This document shows positions 11,168-23,156 of a stretch of 64,000 bases of DNA, piece by piece. Location: contig JBEUKZ010000038.1 in NCBI GenBank assembly GCA_048128005.1, positions 186,001-250,000 of the forward strand, read 5' to 3'. Both the position numbers and the translations under genes were made by a program. Source of the stretch: Veleropilina oligotropha. Its lineage: Eukaryota. Every line of letters starts with the position of its first letter. Position 1 is the first letter of the stretch. The notes under the pieces were generated by a model. That model was not told the origin of the DNA and searched no databases. It saw only the letters and a program-made list of their open reading frames with translations.

Positions 11168-12117
11168 TTTGGGCTCCCATGCAACGCAAATGCGAGTCAT
11201 GTAATGAGCATGTCGTCCGACCGGCATCAACAATTGGTTCGCCTGTTAAAGTTTTTTGTTAAAGTTTCTCAAGCATGCTACATGTGCAACAATAGGCATA
11301 TTTTTGCATCGTTCTTTGTCAGATATCACTATTTCATTGTCATGATGCCTCCAAAAACGAAGTTTATGGGGGGCATATAGGAGTCAGCTTGGCTGTCGGT
11401 CGGTCTGTTGCAAATTCCCTTCCACTCCATATCTCCGATACTATTTCGCCTAGGGACACGAAACTTGATGTGTAGATGCATCATAACCCAAATGTGTGTC
11501 GTGTACTGAAAATAGGTCACCGCGACCTACTTTTCACACTTGACGGCACTTGGTCCAAAATTCCCTTCCGCTCCATATCTCCGATACTATTTCGCATAGG
11601 GACATATACTTGATGTGTGCTTGCATCTTAACCCAAAGGTGTGTCTCGTACCGAAAGTAGGTCACCGCGACCTACTTTTCACACTTGACCGCGCTTGGTC
11701 CAAAATTCCCTTCCGCTCAATATCTCTCATACTATTTGACCGAGGCACACGAAACTTAATGTGTCTATGCGACATAACCCAAAGGTGTGTCGCGTTCTGA
11801 AAATTGGTCACTGTGACCCACATTTCACGCTTGACCGCATTTGGTCCAAAATCCCTTCGCTCCATATCTCCCATACTATTTGACCTAGGGACACGAAATT
11901 TGCTGTGCGGACACGTCATAACACAAAGGTGTGTCGTGTACCGAAAGTAGGTCACCATGACCTACTTTTCATGCAAATGATCACTCCTGTGATAACTCTA
12001 GTTTAATTACATTTAATTGGAATTTACCTAAAATTACCACTTTTGGACTATTAATAATACTTATGAAATATAAGTGATTTTTGCGCATGCGAGCCATTTC
12101 GAGCTTTAGCTCTTGTT
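11168..12117 (+). mobile_element. Composite HINE-like element with four ~145-bp tandem repeats
   Basis: Sub-terminal IR GGCTC(C/G)CATGC / GCATGCGAGCC and a 3' stem-loop then TT. A second 5' module at ~11343 carries GTCG repeats. Tandem units start at ~11412, 11558, 11703 and 11848. Confidence 0.7.
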
Positions 12118-12119
12118 AA

Positions 12120-12557
12120 AGGGCATGTGAACTAAAACATATTATAGGCGAAATTTAGCTATAGGGCATATGCCTATTATATTATTTGTTGTGTTAGTCT
12201 TGCACGAGTGTGCGCGTTTGTTGTAAGCTGGCCTGACGAAGAAATCAATCAGTCTGAAAAATAAACATATGTTCAGGTCAGGGGTCGAATTTGACGTCAC
12301 AATAGCACCGGCCACTCGGTATCTTTTCAATTCGATGGCAATATCATTGTCTTCTAATTGGTTACTCAACAGGAACAATAGCACTAGGACTAGTGTGTCG
12401 TCACCCAATAAATGTTCGGGAGATTTCGGGTTGACTAGCTAAGGATCTTCTATATCCTTGTTTTGATAATCTAAATCATGACGCTACTAATAGCAGAATA
12501 AATAAATATACGATAGCATTATTATCAGCCAGAATATATTATGTGTTCACATGCCCT
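12120..12557. mobile_element. Kolobok-like MITE
   Basis: TIR AGGGCATGTGAAC, TTAA target duplication (12116-12119, 12558-12561), purine-purine termini. Confidence 0.8.
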
Positions 12558-12956
12558 TTAACTATTGTAAGTATTTGTGCCCTTTGCTAATTTAAAAGTC
12601 TGAATTTAAGATTGACATTACGGTAATGAGCGAAAGTGCCCAACAGGCTATGCAGAGCTTTTGTCGGGAGCATATCTCTTTTAAAAAAGGAAATATAACA
12701 TGGATATAGACAATCATTAGCGAAATCGCCGAACCGGGTATGCACGCTGCACTTGTTTCTTGTTGATGTTGTTATGGTATTTTACCTTTTTGGGGTAAAA
12801 CTCACAATCGGGTATTTATGCGTGTTTCTTTTTATAAGTGGAAGGATCAGAGGCAAAACGGTCTATAGTAAGTACGGTTATGCGAATGGGTCTTGCATAA
12901 CATCGTTATAAGAATCTTGTTTATTATTGGCTGCCAAAACAATGTGCTTACTGCAG

Positions 12957-13033
12957 ACTTTGTGGACTTCAGGGCCTGTGTTTGCTGTGTTCTGGAGAGT
13001 ATTCTTATTGGAATTGTTTACATATCTGTATAA
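12957..13033 (+). CDS. Candidate alternative terminal exon of MEGF-like gene (hydrophobic tail)
   Basis: ctgcag| in phase 1 gives DFVDFRACVCCVLESILIGIVYISV*, followed immediately by AATAAA. The polypyrimidine tract is weak. Confidence 0.3.
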
Positions 13034-14616
13034 ATAAATATAATTTAATGGCTACATATTATTAAAACTATTTATATATTTTCACTTTGTAACAATTCTG
13101 TTCCTTAAAGAGTACTCTTCGTCGTTAGTATATAATATTTAGTTCATAATGCATTGACTGAATATTAATGTCGAAAATATGTATATGGATTGACGATGTA
13201 TAACAATTATGTAATGATTGTATTTCATGACTCATAAATTTGTATAAGTGTGAATTCTCTTTTTGAAGAGGATAAGAAGGATATATGACCTATTTCAGTA
13301 AATTGATGTGTTGGTCATGAAATGCAATATATTTTATGTATCTGTAAACTATTTTCTGCAGACCTATATAATATATATCTAATTATGTAGTTTTAGCCCT
13401 TTGAAAACATACTATTAGAGTTTTAGTTACTAATGCTGTTAAATGGTGTAGATAACTAGCTAGGTTAACACCAGAGTTTAATTGTTCCTTCATCCACTGT
13501 GTAACCTATTAAAAGAGCATGTCCAATTGCAACAAATTTACCTACCTAACAATAACCATAGATGTTCATTATTTTCAAATTTTGCAAATTGAATTTTATT
13601 CCATGAGGCTCACTTGATATCTGTTATTTGAGCTGCACCAGAAATATAAAAGAGTGATTTGTGTCAAATTTGCAGTGTTAAATTGTTTAATTTTTCAAAA
13701 TTTTAAGCTTGACAAAAATGAAGGATTCCTATAGCATATATATTTTGATCAATATAATCTGTCTAAAAAAATGAGCTAATTTTTAAAAATGTTCAACCAT
13801 GAAAAATAAAATTAATGCATGTGCACTTGAAACTTTATATGGTGTGAGCTTTTTAGCATGGTTGATTGATATAAGCACACAAGATTCAATATTTTATTTA
13901 ACACCTGCGACAATTGCACTTGTTTTTAGTCTTGCATGATGAATGATTAGATAGTCACCAATCATTGATTTGTAAGCAGCTGATTCATATGGTACATTGG
14001 CTGTGGGTGGCTGGTGCATTGTGTTCTGCAGAATATTCAAGCCTAAAACATTTCATTTGCTAAGAACCGTGTCATTCAGCTGGTGTTAAATATGTGTTTG
14101 GTGACAATCTCTGATTTCTTCGTACGATGTTGTGTTATTGTTCAAAATCTCAAACCACGTTGAACTATGACATTGCTTCATGCAGAAATTTGGATTGATC
14201 AAATTTTCGGCACATGTTATCTTATATTGGTAATATTTACGGAAAACATTTCAACACTAACAATGTTCTCATCAATGCAGATTAATAGGCAAGGATGACA
14301 TTTTTTACGGGAGGTATAAAAAGGTAACTTTTGTTTGGGGAAACTAAAGATCTGATGTGAAACTCAATTCGGAGTTAGGTAAAGGGATAAAATTATTATT
14401 GATCGATCATGTTCTTTTGGGTTCGAAGATATGTTGATTATCTTTAAACGGCATTCTTGGAGTGAAGTAATGACAGTTTTCTGCTGTTGTAATTTGTTAT
14501 AATCCTTACCATCTTGTGGCTGGCATGATGCACAAAGGTGCATTAGTTCACGTTTGATACCATATGACCATTAGGAGTCCAAAGAAACAAATCAGTCTAT
14601 AGCAAATGGATACTCT

Positions 14617-15138
14617 AACAAGCACAGAATGTGTGCAATAACCTGCGTCATAAGCAAAATTTCTACTGTGAAACATGTGTGATACATATAATACAGACCA
14701 TGTTTCTGTATGGTTTCATAGAATTCACAAATTGGTTTTCAAGAGTTACGCCCCTTTGACAGACTTAGTTAACTATAATAAAGTTGATTAATTATAATTT
14801 AATAAAGTATGCAAAATCTTAAAATGTTTAACTGTTATACCTCTTTTACTACTGTGAAACATGTGTGATACATATAATACAGACCACGTTTCTGTATGAT
14901 TTAATATTTATTCATCAAAGAGGCTGTCATGGTAATTTGCTATTCTGTTAGGCAGCAGCTCTCAATTCATACATCAAGTGGTCATGCCCTTTTTTCAAAT
15001 TGGCATGTTGTCGAAGTCGCCTAAAAGGTGGAAGATCTGGTTGAAATCATTTCAAAATTGTCTTCCCCCAAGAAGAACAAGAACAACAACAACAACAACT
15101 TACATGTACCATTCATTGACCCTGCTAGACGCAGGTAA
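14617..15138 (-). mobile_element. HINE-like element, near-identical to 35510-36043
   Basis: Sub-terminal IR ACCTGCGTC / GACGCAGGT, (AAC)n microsatellite, internal duplicated unit. Confidence 0.8.
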
Positions 15139-15900
15139 TAAAAATACATGTCATCAATTATTTATAAATTTAAGCAGTGAATTATATTGTAAAATTAATA
15201 TTGATAATCATGTAATTCATTTAAGGCTAGGAGGTCCATTATCACTGTCACAATTCTTGTAATAGTGAGGCTTCATTAGTAGTAGATAATTCATTGATTT
15301 TAATATTTATGTCTTTACTAAACACGTCAAAATGTATTACATTTGCTTTGCTTTTATCCAAATGTTAGCTCTAAGCATTTCCTTATTGAAGACAAATTAA
15401 TAACTACAGATAAAGTTGAATAGTTTTAACTGTTATAATTGGTTTTATTGAGTGGCTAATTGAGTAGCTGTGCATGTTGCTCCCAAGGAATTCACTCAAT
15501 TCACACGAGTATCACAAGTGACAGTTCGTGCACGGTCTAGCTGTACATGTCCCAGTGTCCGGCGAGTTGCGCAATATACCAAAAATTGTATTGAGAAATC
15601 TGATCTGACATAAATTTCTTGGTTTACCATATTATAATAAAGTGATTTTAAAGTGAAAATTGCTTGCATCATTTGAGAAGATTTTGTTATTGGTACAAGT
15701 GATGCCATAATGTAAGATTGTTTACTTTGAAATGTATTCCAAAGTAAGTAAACAATTTTACATTATATCTTCATCATGTTACTTTTGTATTCTCTCCCAG
15801 CCTAGATTTGGTTCATGATATGCCACATTGGCGTATACATATTTGCAGTGATCAAGGACTTTTTGAATAACTAATACCACTCTGTTTTCTATATTTTCAG

Positions 15901-15959
15901 TGGAACAGGGACCTAGAAGAGGAGACGTTCCATGGATAGTGAATTACAGTCGAAAATAA
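15901..15959 (+). CDS. Probable terminal coding exon of MEGF-like gene (RGD-containing tail)
   Basis: Strong acceptor tctgtttttctatattttcag|. Phase 1 gives VEQGPRRGDVPWIVNYSRK*, followed by long AT-rich UTR-like sequence. Confidence 0.55.
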
Positions 15960-16510
15960 CCATCTGTTTCCGTAGAGCAGTCAGAAATAACACCAGCAGC
16001 CATAACGCGGCAATGTATGAATATATATATAGTATTCCCTGATGCAAACAGGCGATCTCTGTGTCTTCAGCATAGTGTCCATGTCTGTATATATATAGTA
16101 TATATAATGTGTAAATCGTATTGCGTGATCATGTAATGGAAATTTCCCTGTTGTACTCCTTCTGTAACATACAGACATTTTGTTCAAATGATAATGTAAT
16201 ACAGAGTAATGTAATCAGAGTGTGGAAGTCAAAATTCATCCTTTTGAACCACTTATGATAAAGTGAAAAGGATTTGATTTAGATAAATTAATATCACTTA
16301 TAATTAATACCACTTAACGATTACTTCAAGAGATTTCGGAATTAAGTCTTGACTCCCTTATAGTGTTAGTTGAATGCAAAAATTGATATCCTATTTAAGC
16401 GTGCTAATATAAAGTATGAGCCTCTGAGCTAATATGTCTAATGCAAAATACTATTGCCATGTATTTATGATTTTAATGTTTTTAATTATGCTTGTTTCAT
16501 TTCATTGACG

Positions 16511-19010
16511 GGCCGCACCGGTAGCTGAGTGGATAAGAGAGCAGAGTCTGAATTCACTCGCATGTAAGCTCTGTCTAACAGGATTGGGTTTGACTCCTCA
16601 GCGAGGTAATCTTTGTTCACTCAAGAGTTGTCCATAACTGACTGGTGCAAGCAGATTTCACAGGGCGACCTGACTTTTCTCCCACGATAATTTGAACATG
16701 TCCTGGTATGAACGGCCAATCTGAAGGTTTTTAAAAAACAGGATATTCTGTATCGATTCAAACCTGAAAGACAAAAATAAACATTGAACGCAATCAAGGT
16801 TGATTATGTTTTTATACCGTGGCTACAGCCATACAGCATCAATTTGACAATGTTGACTTAATTATATATGTACAACTAGAAAAATATTAAGATAACATAA
16901 CCGCATATCAACGAATATCAAATATCAATTTATTACTATACAACAATTTTTAGTAATGGCTAGCAAAATGGTATAGGATAGGAGAAAATTAATTGTGAAA
17001 ATAACTTGTCAACCAGTGCATTGTTGTGATTTCTCTCAGTGTGGATTAGCATGTGTACTTGTCTGTACGTATTCGCTCGCCTGACTGCTCTGATTAACAG
17101 CAGTAGCTTCAAATCCTAGGCTCGGGACTTTGTTCAATTAACAGTCATATTTGTCCGTAACTGGTCGATGAGTGCATGTTTCTCCAGGCGACAGGGATTA
17201 AAGTCCCTTAAATGTCGTGATATGACTTCAAATTGTGTTAAAATTGGATATTAAGCATTGAACCAAACCAAAAGCATTAATGAAAATGTATTTGAAAAAT
17301 GTCTAGGTTGGATTGTTACATTGCAATACATAGAAGTTAACACGCATTCAACTAGCATTTGAATATGTAATGTGTTTAGTCTTAATATGTCTGATCCATG
17401 AATTTAATATTGTATATACAGTATATAACAATAAGGTTTGGTATATGTATATGCTTTTAATGTATGTAAATGTATATAATTAGAGTTAAGTATACTTAAT
17501 ATTATTATTTAAGTTTACATGAGGGGCATGTATTTCATGATGCCAACTATACCTTGATGTATTTACTATTTATTCTATATCATCACTTGGATGTAGCGGT
17601 TTGTGTATCACTGCCACTTCAAGTTATACCAAGGTAACCTCACTTGAACAGTGCTCCGTTAGGCTGCGTAAGGATATGACATCCGTTAACATTTCAGATC
17701 TAAGAGAGTTTTGTCTTTAGTCTGGGATATGAAAATCAACTTGTCATTCAAGATGAGTCAGATTTTAACCAGAATTGATGTTGCTTTTGAACGGGCAAAC
17801 TGTTCTTGCATGTGCATTTCTTTACATTTATTAATAATTAATACACATAAATACTTTAATATGTACATTAAATATATTATAGTGTAACGTACTAATAAGC
17901 CATCTCAGAGACAGAATAGGATGTTTCTCTCCAAGTTCACTGGTACAGACTGCACTGTCTTTGCAGGAGTGATTCGAATCCTCAGTTTGGATACTTTGCA
18001 GAATTAACAGTCACGGTGGTTCATAACTGTCTGCGACAGGTAGAGTTTACTTGGTGACTCCGCTATCTTCCCTCGAAAAAATGGTCGCACCTGTAATCTT
18101 GTGGAAAAAAGTGTGGGCTCTCGCTTGAACGCTCTGTCTAACAAGAATATGTTCGAATCCTCTGTTACTTTCTTCCATTAACAGGTAATGGTAGGATCCT
18201 ATAGGGTTTTAATGGGGCATTATAGCATGGATCCAATTCTGTAGTGTAACTATATCTTCTGCTTCATGTAATGTTACATTATTATCTATTTGTTTGTTTA
18301 ATATCGAGAATATTAATTTAGGCTCTAGGAAATCCATATATCATTAAAATGTCTCATTCCATATTGTCATGTATGTAATTTCTGTACTTGCAGTATTTAA
18401 ATATGTGATATATAGCTTACTATTGTTTGTTTCATTGATTGATATTATAATGTGCATTTGAGTATAAATAAGTGTTGTTCGTTTGTTGTCATGGTTGCAT
18501 CATTTAAGTCATATTTCAAGGATTTGTATTTTGTATTTTTATAGTTTTGCCATAATATGTTATATTATTTATAAATTGGTGCATTTTTATTTGAATTTTA
18601 ACCATTAGAGTAAACGTAATAGGACCACTGTAGTTGATTATAATGTGTAACCATGCCTAGCATTGCATATCATAAAATTAGTAAGAAACTTGCAACATAT
18701 GGTAGCATCGATACATTTTAAGTTTCCTACTGTCTATATGCAGGCCGCTCTGCCAGCCGTGTGGTTTCCATTACAGACTCCCAAAATCACTTGCCTTATT
18801 CCAATGAGGCGAACAATAGACTAGTATGTTCGAATCTCGGTTGGGACATGACATTATTTCTTCAGTTATGAATAACAGTTGTCCGTAACTGGCCGGAGAG
18901 GGCATGTCCCCAGGCGACCGGGCATTCCTCCCGCGATAATACGGATATGTCCTGCTTTGAACCTGATGATTGTAAATATACAGGACATTAAGCATCGATC
19001 CTTTCCTTTT
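16511..19010 (+). mobile_element. Cluster of decayed tRNA-derived SINE copies, family A (~16511, ~17030, ~17925, ~18110, 18743)
   Basis: A/B-box-like heads (GTTCGAATC variants) and a body CAGTTGTCC(A/G)TAACTG..GGCGACC..TTCCTCCC similar to 57670-57932. Confidence 0.7.
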
Positions 19011-19913
19011 CTATTTTACTGCACTTGCATGACATTTTATGTCTAATGTCAAATTTATATTCATTATGGGCCTTAGCATAGTTTCTTAAATGGACAACAT
19101 CGTCTAAATTCGCTAACATTAATTTCCTGTTTTAGTTTTCCTGTTTCCTGTTATACTTCTGCCAATAGATTCTGTGTAAAATCAGTAAATTAAATATAGC
19201 AGTGTCAACCTTAAGCTTATTGTCAAATTATTTATCAACATATTTAATAATAGAATTAAGAAATGTGCTGTTTATTTTGTTTTTTCATGTTGCTTATGTC
19301 ATTGCCAGTGCATGATATAAAATGATATTACACCGAAATTAATCATTCTGAAACTTTCATCATTTGGTAATTTTGTCAACAAGGAATATTTTCAAAGATG
19401 TAATTTGAAATGGGCATAACTTTTTCTAGTGTTATAAAAAAATTTGTTGCGATTTATTGCTTTATAGTTAAAAAAGAAAGCATTTGAGCACAACAGTGTA
19501 ATTTCTTGGTAGTGTCCTTACATGCCACAGACAATATGTTAAAGTAACTTAGGTTGAAAAAATCTTCTTTCTGCTTTTATCTCAGAAATTTTTAATTCAT
19601 TTATCACTTGTAAATGATGAAATTTGAAATTTTGTTGCAGAGGCAAACATGCATAATAGGGAAGCCACATTTTGTCAATACAGGAGTCAAAAGACTTCTT
19701 GAAGTGGTAAACAATATCATAAATAATGTTGTATTTATAAGATTGTGCATTTACTTCACTCAGTTATGTTATATAAATGGGTCATCTAATATGTTTGTAA
19801 ATAAAGTTATCGCTTAATGTGATGAATTCTTATTTTATTGAATTGTAGTTGGTCAATTTGGTATTTTCACCACAATGTTTTTATACCATTAATTTTTCTC
19901 TTTGAACACTAGA

Positions 19914-20130
19914 GGCATCGGCGGGTGGGTGCTTAGCGCATCAGACTCTCAACAGAAGCTATTAGTTGGTACCGAGTTCGAGACCAGCAGAAATTCATTT
20001 TAAGGCTTAAAATAATATAGGCATATATAGACCTATATGACAGTCAGATCTGAGCGAGACATTAAACCTGGTGTCCCGACTGCGAAACGACTGAAAAATT
20101 GCCAAAAGTGGTCGTAAAGACATTATTTCC
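19914..20130 (+). mobile_element. tRNA-derived SINE family B (Deu/Nin-like central domain)
   Basis: GGGTGCTTAGCG..GAGTTCGAGACC head. GTCAGATC..GAGACATTAAACCTGGTGTCCCGAC is shared with 30070-30284 and 42170-42460. Confidence 0.7.
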
Positions 20131-20902
20131 AAATATTTGAACCCGAGTTACTTTGTTTAGCAAACGGGCATTTTCACTGTGATGAATTCTTATTTTATTG
20201 AAATGTAGTTGAACAATTCGGCATTTTCAGCAGAATGTTTTTATAACATATCTCGAGTTTTGCTCTTAAACTAAGCATGGATAACACATTTAATGGATAT
20301 TACGTTCAAATTGTGGTAAAATATATTGTATAAGACGGCATTGAATCCATTTGATTTTTACCTGTGCAGAATCAAACTGGTTGTTGATACCATAAATTGT
20401 AGTCTGATACAAAGTGTCACCAAACATCATTATGTTTCTGGTAAAAATGCATAATTGATGATTCCAATGAGAACAATAAGTAGTACCATGCCAGACTTCC
20501 CGCCTATATGTGCTTGCTAATAACTCATGCGGTCTACAAAAGTTACTCCACATGCAGATTTGGGGATAACCTCCATCCAAATTATGGTTAAAGATTTTTT
20601 TATGCGGTATTGCATGCCTTGGATGATGAATTATCTTGCCTAACTTACGGTCCTTGATAGCTGAACTGGTCTAGGGTCAGGGAAACGTTAAGATGGACGG
20701 TAGGTTGCAGGTGTGCGTCCCACACGTGCGTGCTGAATCTAACACTTTCTAAACACAACACACTTGCATTAGCTGAGCAAATTTGATTGAGATCTAAAAC
20801 GAATGGACGGATGGTTAGAGTCACTTCTGAAGGTGATGCTCACCAATAAACCCTGTTGCCAATCCTTCCCATAGAGATGTTACCCAGAGTTTCCAGCTAC
20901 GG

Positions 20903-21167
20903 GGGGGGGGGGGGGAATTATGCTTAATGTCCTGTATATTTATAACATCGAGGTTCAAGGCAGGACATGTCCGTGTTATCGCGGGAGGAAACCCCGGTCG
21001 CCGGGTAAACCCGCCCTCTTCGGCCAGTCACGGACAACTGTGCTTCATAACTTGAACAAATGTGTGCTGCCTCAGCCGGGGGTCGATCCCACTACTGTTC
21101 GCGTCAGCGGAAACAAGCCAGTGAATTTAGAGTAGACACTCTACCCACTGCGCTACCGAAGCGGCCC
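20903..21167 (-). mobile_element. tRNA-derived SINE family A (Meta/V-like domain), full length
   Basis: 11-bp TSD TCCAGCTACGG (20892-20902, 21168-21178); high similarity to 57670-57932. Confidence 0.9.
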
Positions 21168-21312
21168 TCCAGCTACGGATATGACTGACAAAAGATGCAA
21201 AATTTGGTTGTAAAACTAAACTGATTCACATCACAATTGTTCATCTTTTCAGCAGCCAGGTGGTGCAGCGAATGCAAGAACGCAACTTCACATACATTTG
21301 CCTAGCTGCCTT

Positions 21313-21998
21313 AATTACCTTCGCCCACATAGAGGTGGGAGAAGGTATTGCAATCAGGTCGGTTTGTCTGTCTGTCTTCATGAGCATATATCAACAACCA
21401 TTGATCCGATTTACTTAATTTTTGTACACGAGATAGGGTCCACCCTACACTCGGTACACTTAAAAGATGATCCGAATCGGACTTTATGACACAATTTCCA
21501 GTTTGCGGATTGTCTGTCAGCGGGAATATATCAACAACCATTGATCTTCAACGATGCAATTTGCGGATTGTCAGCTATATTTCAACACCATTGAACCGAT
21601 TGTTTCACTTTTTGACACAAGATAGGGTGCACCCTAGGCTCGGTTCTCTTTAAAGATAATTGGAGTCGGAAAGCGGATCCGGATTTTAGACACAATTTCC
21701 CTGTGTCCGCTTTTTCGGCTCTAACTCAACGACTATTAAACCGATTTACATAATTTTTTTACATCAGGTAGGGTTCACTCTATGCTCGATCCTTGTTACA
21801 GATGATCGGAGTCGGAAAGCGGATCCAGAGTATTATGTCGCAATTTCCGGTTTGCGAATTTTCGGCTCTAGTCCTAGAACGCTTTGGCATACAAGCTTCA
21901 AATTAGGCTCAAAATGTTCTTCAACTATAATTCACAGAGATTTCTAGCTTTCACCATTCCTTGCCACTCGGGCGAAGGTTGGCAATCTCGGATTGCCT
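21313..21998 (+). mobile_element. HINE-like element with tandem core
   Basis: Sub-terminal IR ACCTTCGCCC / GGGCGAAGGT, (TGTC)n, 3' GGCAATCTCGGATTGCC hairpin. Confidence 0.75.
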
Positions 21999-22375
21999 TC
22001 CCCAGTGGATTCAATTCCTTGGCTGGACACTTGGCACAGTTCAGCCACAGTTGTTGATAACTTACGGTGTGAATGGTACCAGGCTTTGGTCTCGGTTAAT
22101 ATGTATATGACCATGAAGAGTTGTCAATTGTGACAAAGTATATATACCAACCAAGCCTTGTCATATACAAAGTTGACCTATTTGTATTATACCAATATTG
22201 AAGATATTCTAATTTTATTTTTTCCGCAATGGAAATCCTGGTTCATGACTTTGGATGATGAACCGCAAACATTTCGTGGATGAATATTTTGGCCAAATCT
22301 ATTGTCGAAAACAGACAGATTAAACATCGATATAAGATTGTTAATGTTATGTAATAATTATGTAGGGGATAAACT

Positions 22376-22997
22376 ACTCTTTAGCGTTGAATAGTTCAGA
22401 GAACTATTCAACGCTATCGAGTAGTTTGTGTCACTTAAAACATTTCACCATTGAACAATAGCCTCATTCCCCACCAGGTACCTCTATTGTAGTTAACAGG
22501 AGTGGATTAGTTTAATGAAAGTCTTAATTACCGTTGATTAGTTGAAGGCCTTTAAACTATTCAACTGCTGGGCCAACAAAGCTTTGTGCTTCGATTGAAT
22601 AGGCAGAATAAACAACTGCCCAGAACAATAGATGACGTCACAGATATGTTTTAAGATTGGATAAAATACTGGATAGCGTTGAATAGTTCAGAGAAAACAC
22701 TCCTGTCGAGGGCCGTGAACTATTCAACGCTATCCAGTAGTTTGTCACTTAAAATATTTCATCATTGAACAATAGCGTCATTCCCCACCAGGTACCTCTA
22801 TTGTAGTTAATTGAAGTGAAATAGTTGAATAGGGTCTTTAATTGGATGGATTAGTTCAATGAGAGTCCTTGATTGGTGTGTATTAGTTGAATGGCCAGAA
22901 AAGAAACCACTTCTGCGCCAAGAAAGCTTTGTTCTTCGATTGAATAGGCAGAATAAACAACTGCCAAGAACAATAGATGACGTCACAGAAATGTTTT
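22376..22997. repeat. ~300-bp tandem duplication, each unit starting with a hairpin
   Basis: TAGCGTTGAATAGTTCA..ACTATTCAACGCTA at ~22383 and ~22675. Both units end AACAATAGATGACGTCACAGA.ATGTTTTAA. Confidence 0.85.
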
Positions 22998-23006
22998 AAA
23001 GTGCGA

Positions 23007-23156
23007 GACACCATTCATTGTTTTAGATATCGGAACAGTTTGGATGTATTGCTTTCATGTCAATCACACGATCGAGTGCGCTCCAGCGCACGAGTGTGAT
23101 TGACATGGAAGCAATACATCCAATCTGTCCCATATCTAAAACAACGAATGTATGTC
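23007..23156. repeat. ~150-bp palindrome (long hairpin)
   Basis: CATTC.TTGTTTTAGATAT..GGATGTATTGCTT.CATGTCAATCACAC is mirrored after the central GTGCGCTCCAGCGCAC. Confidence 0.9.
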
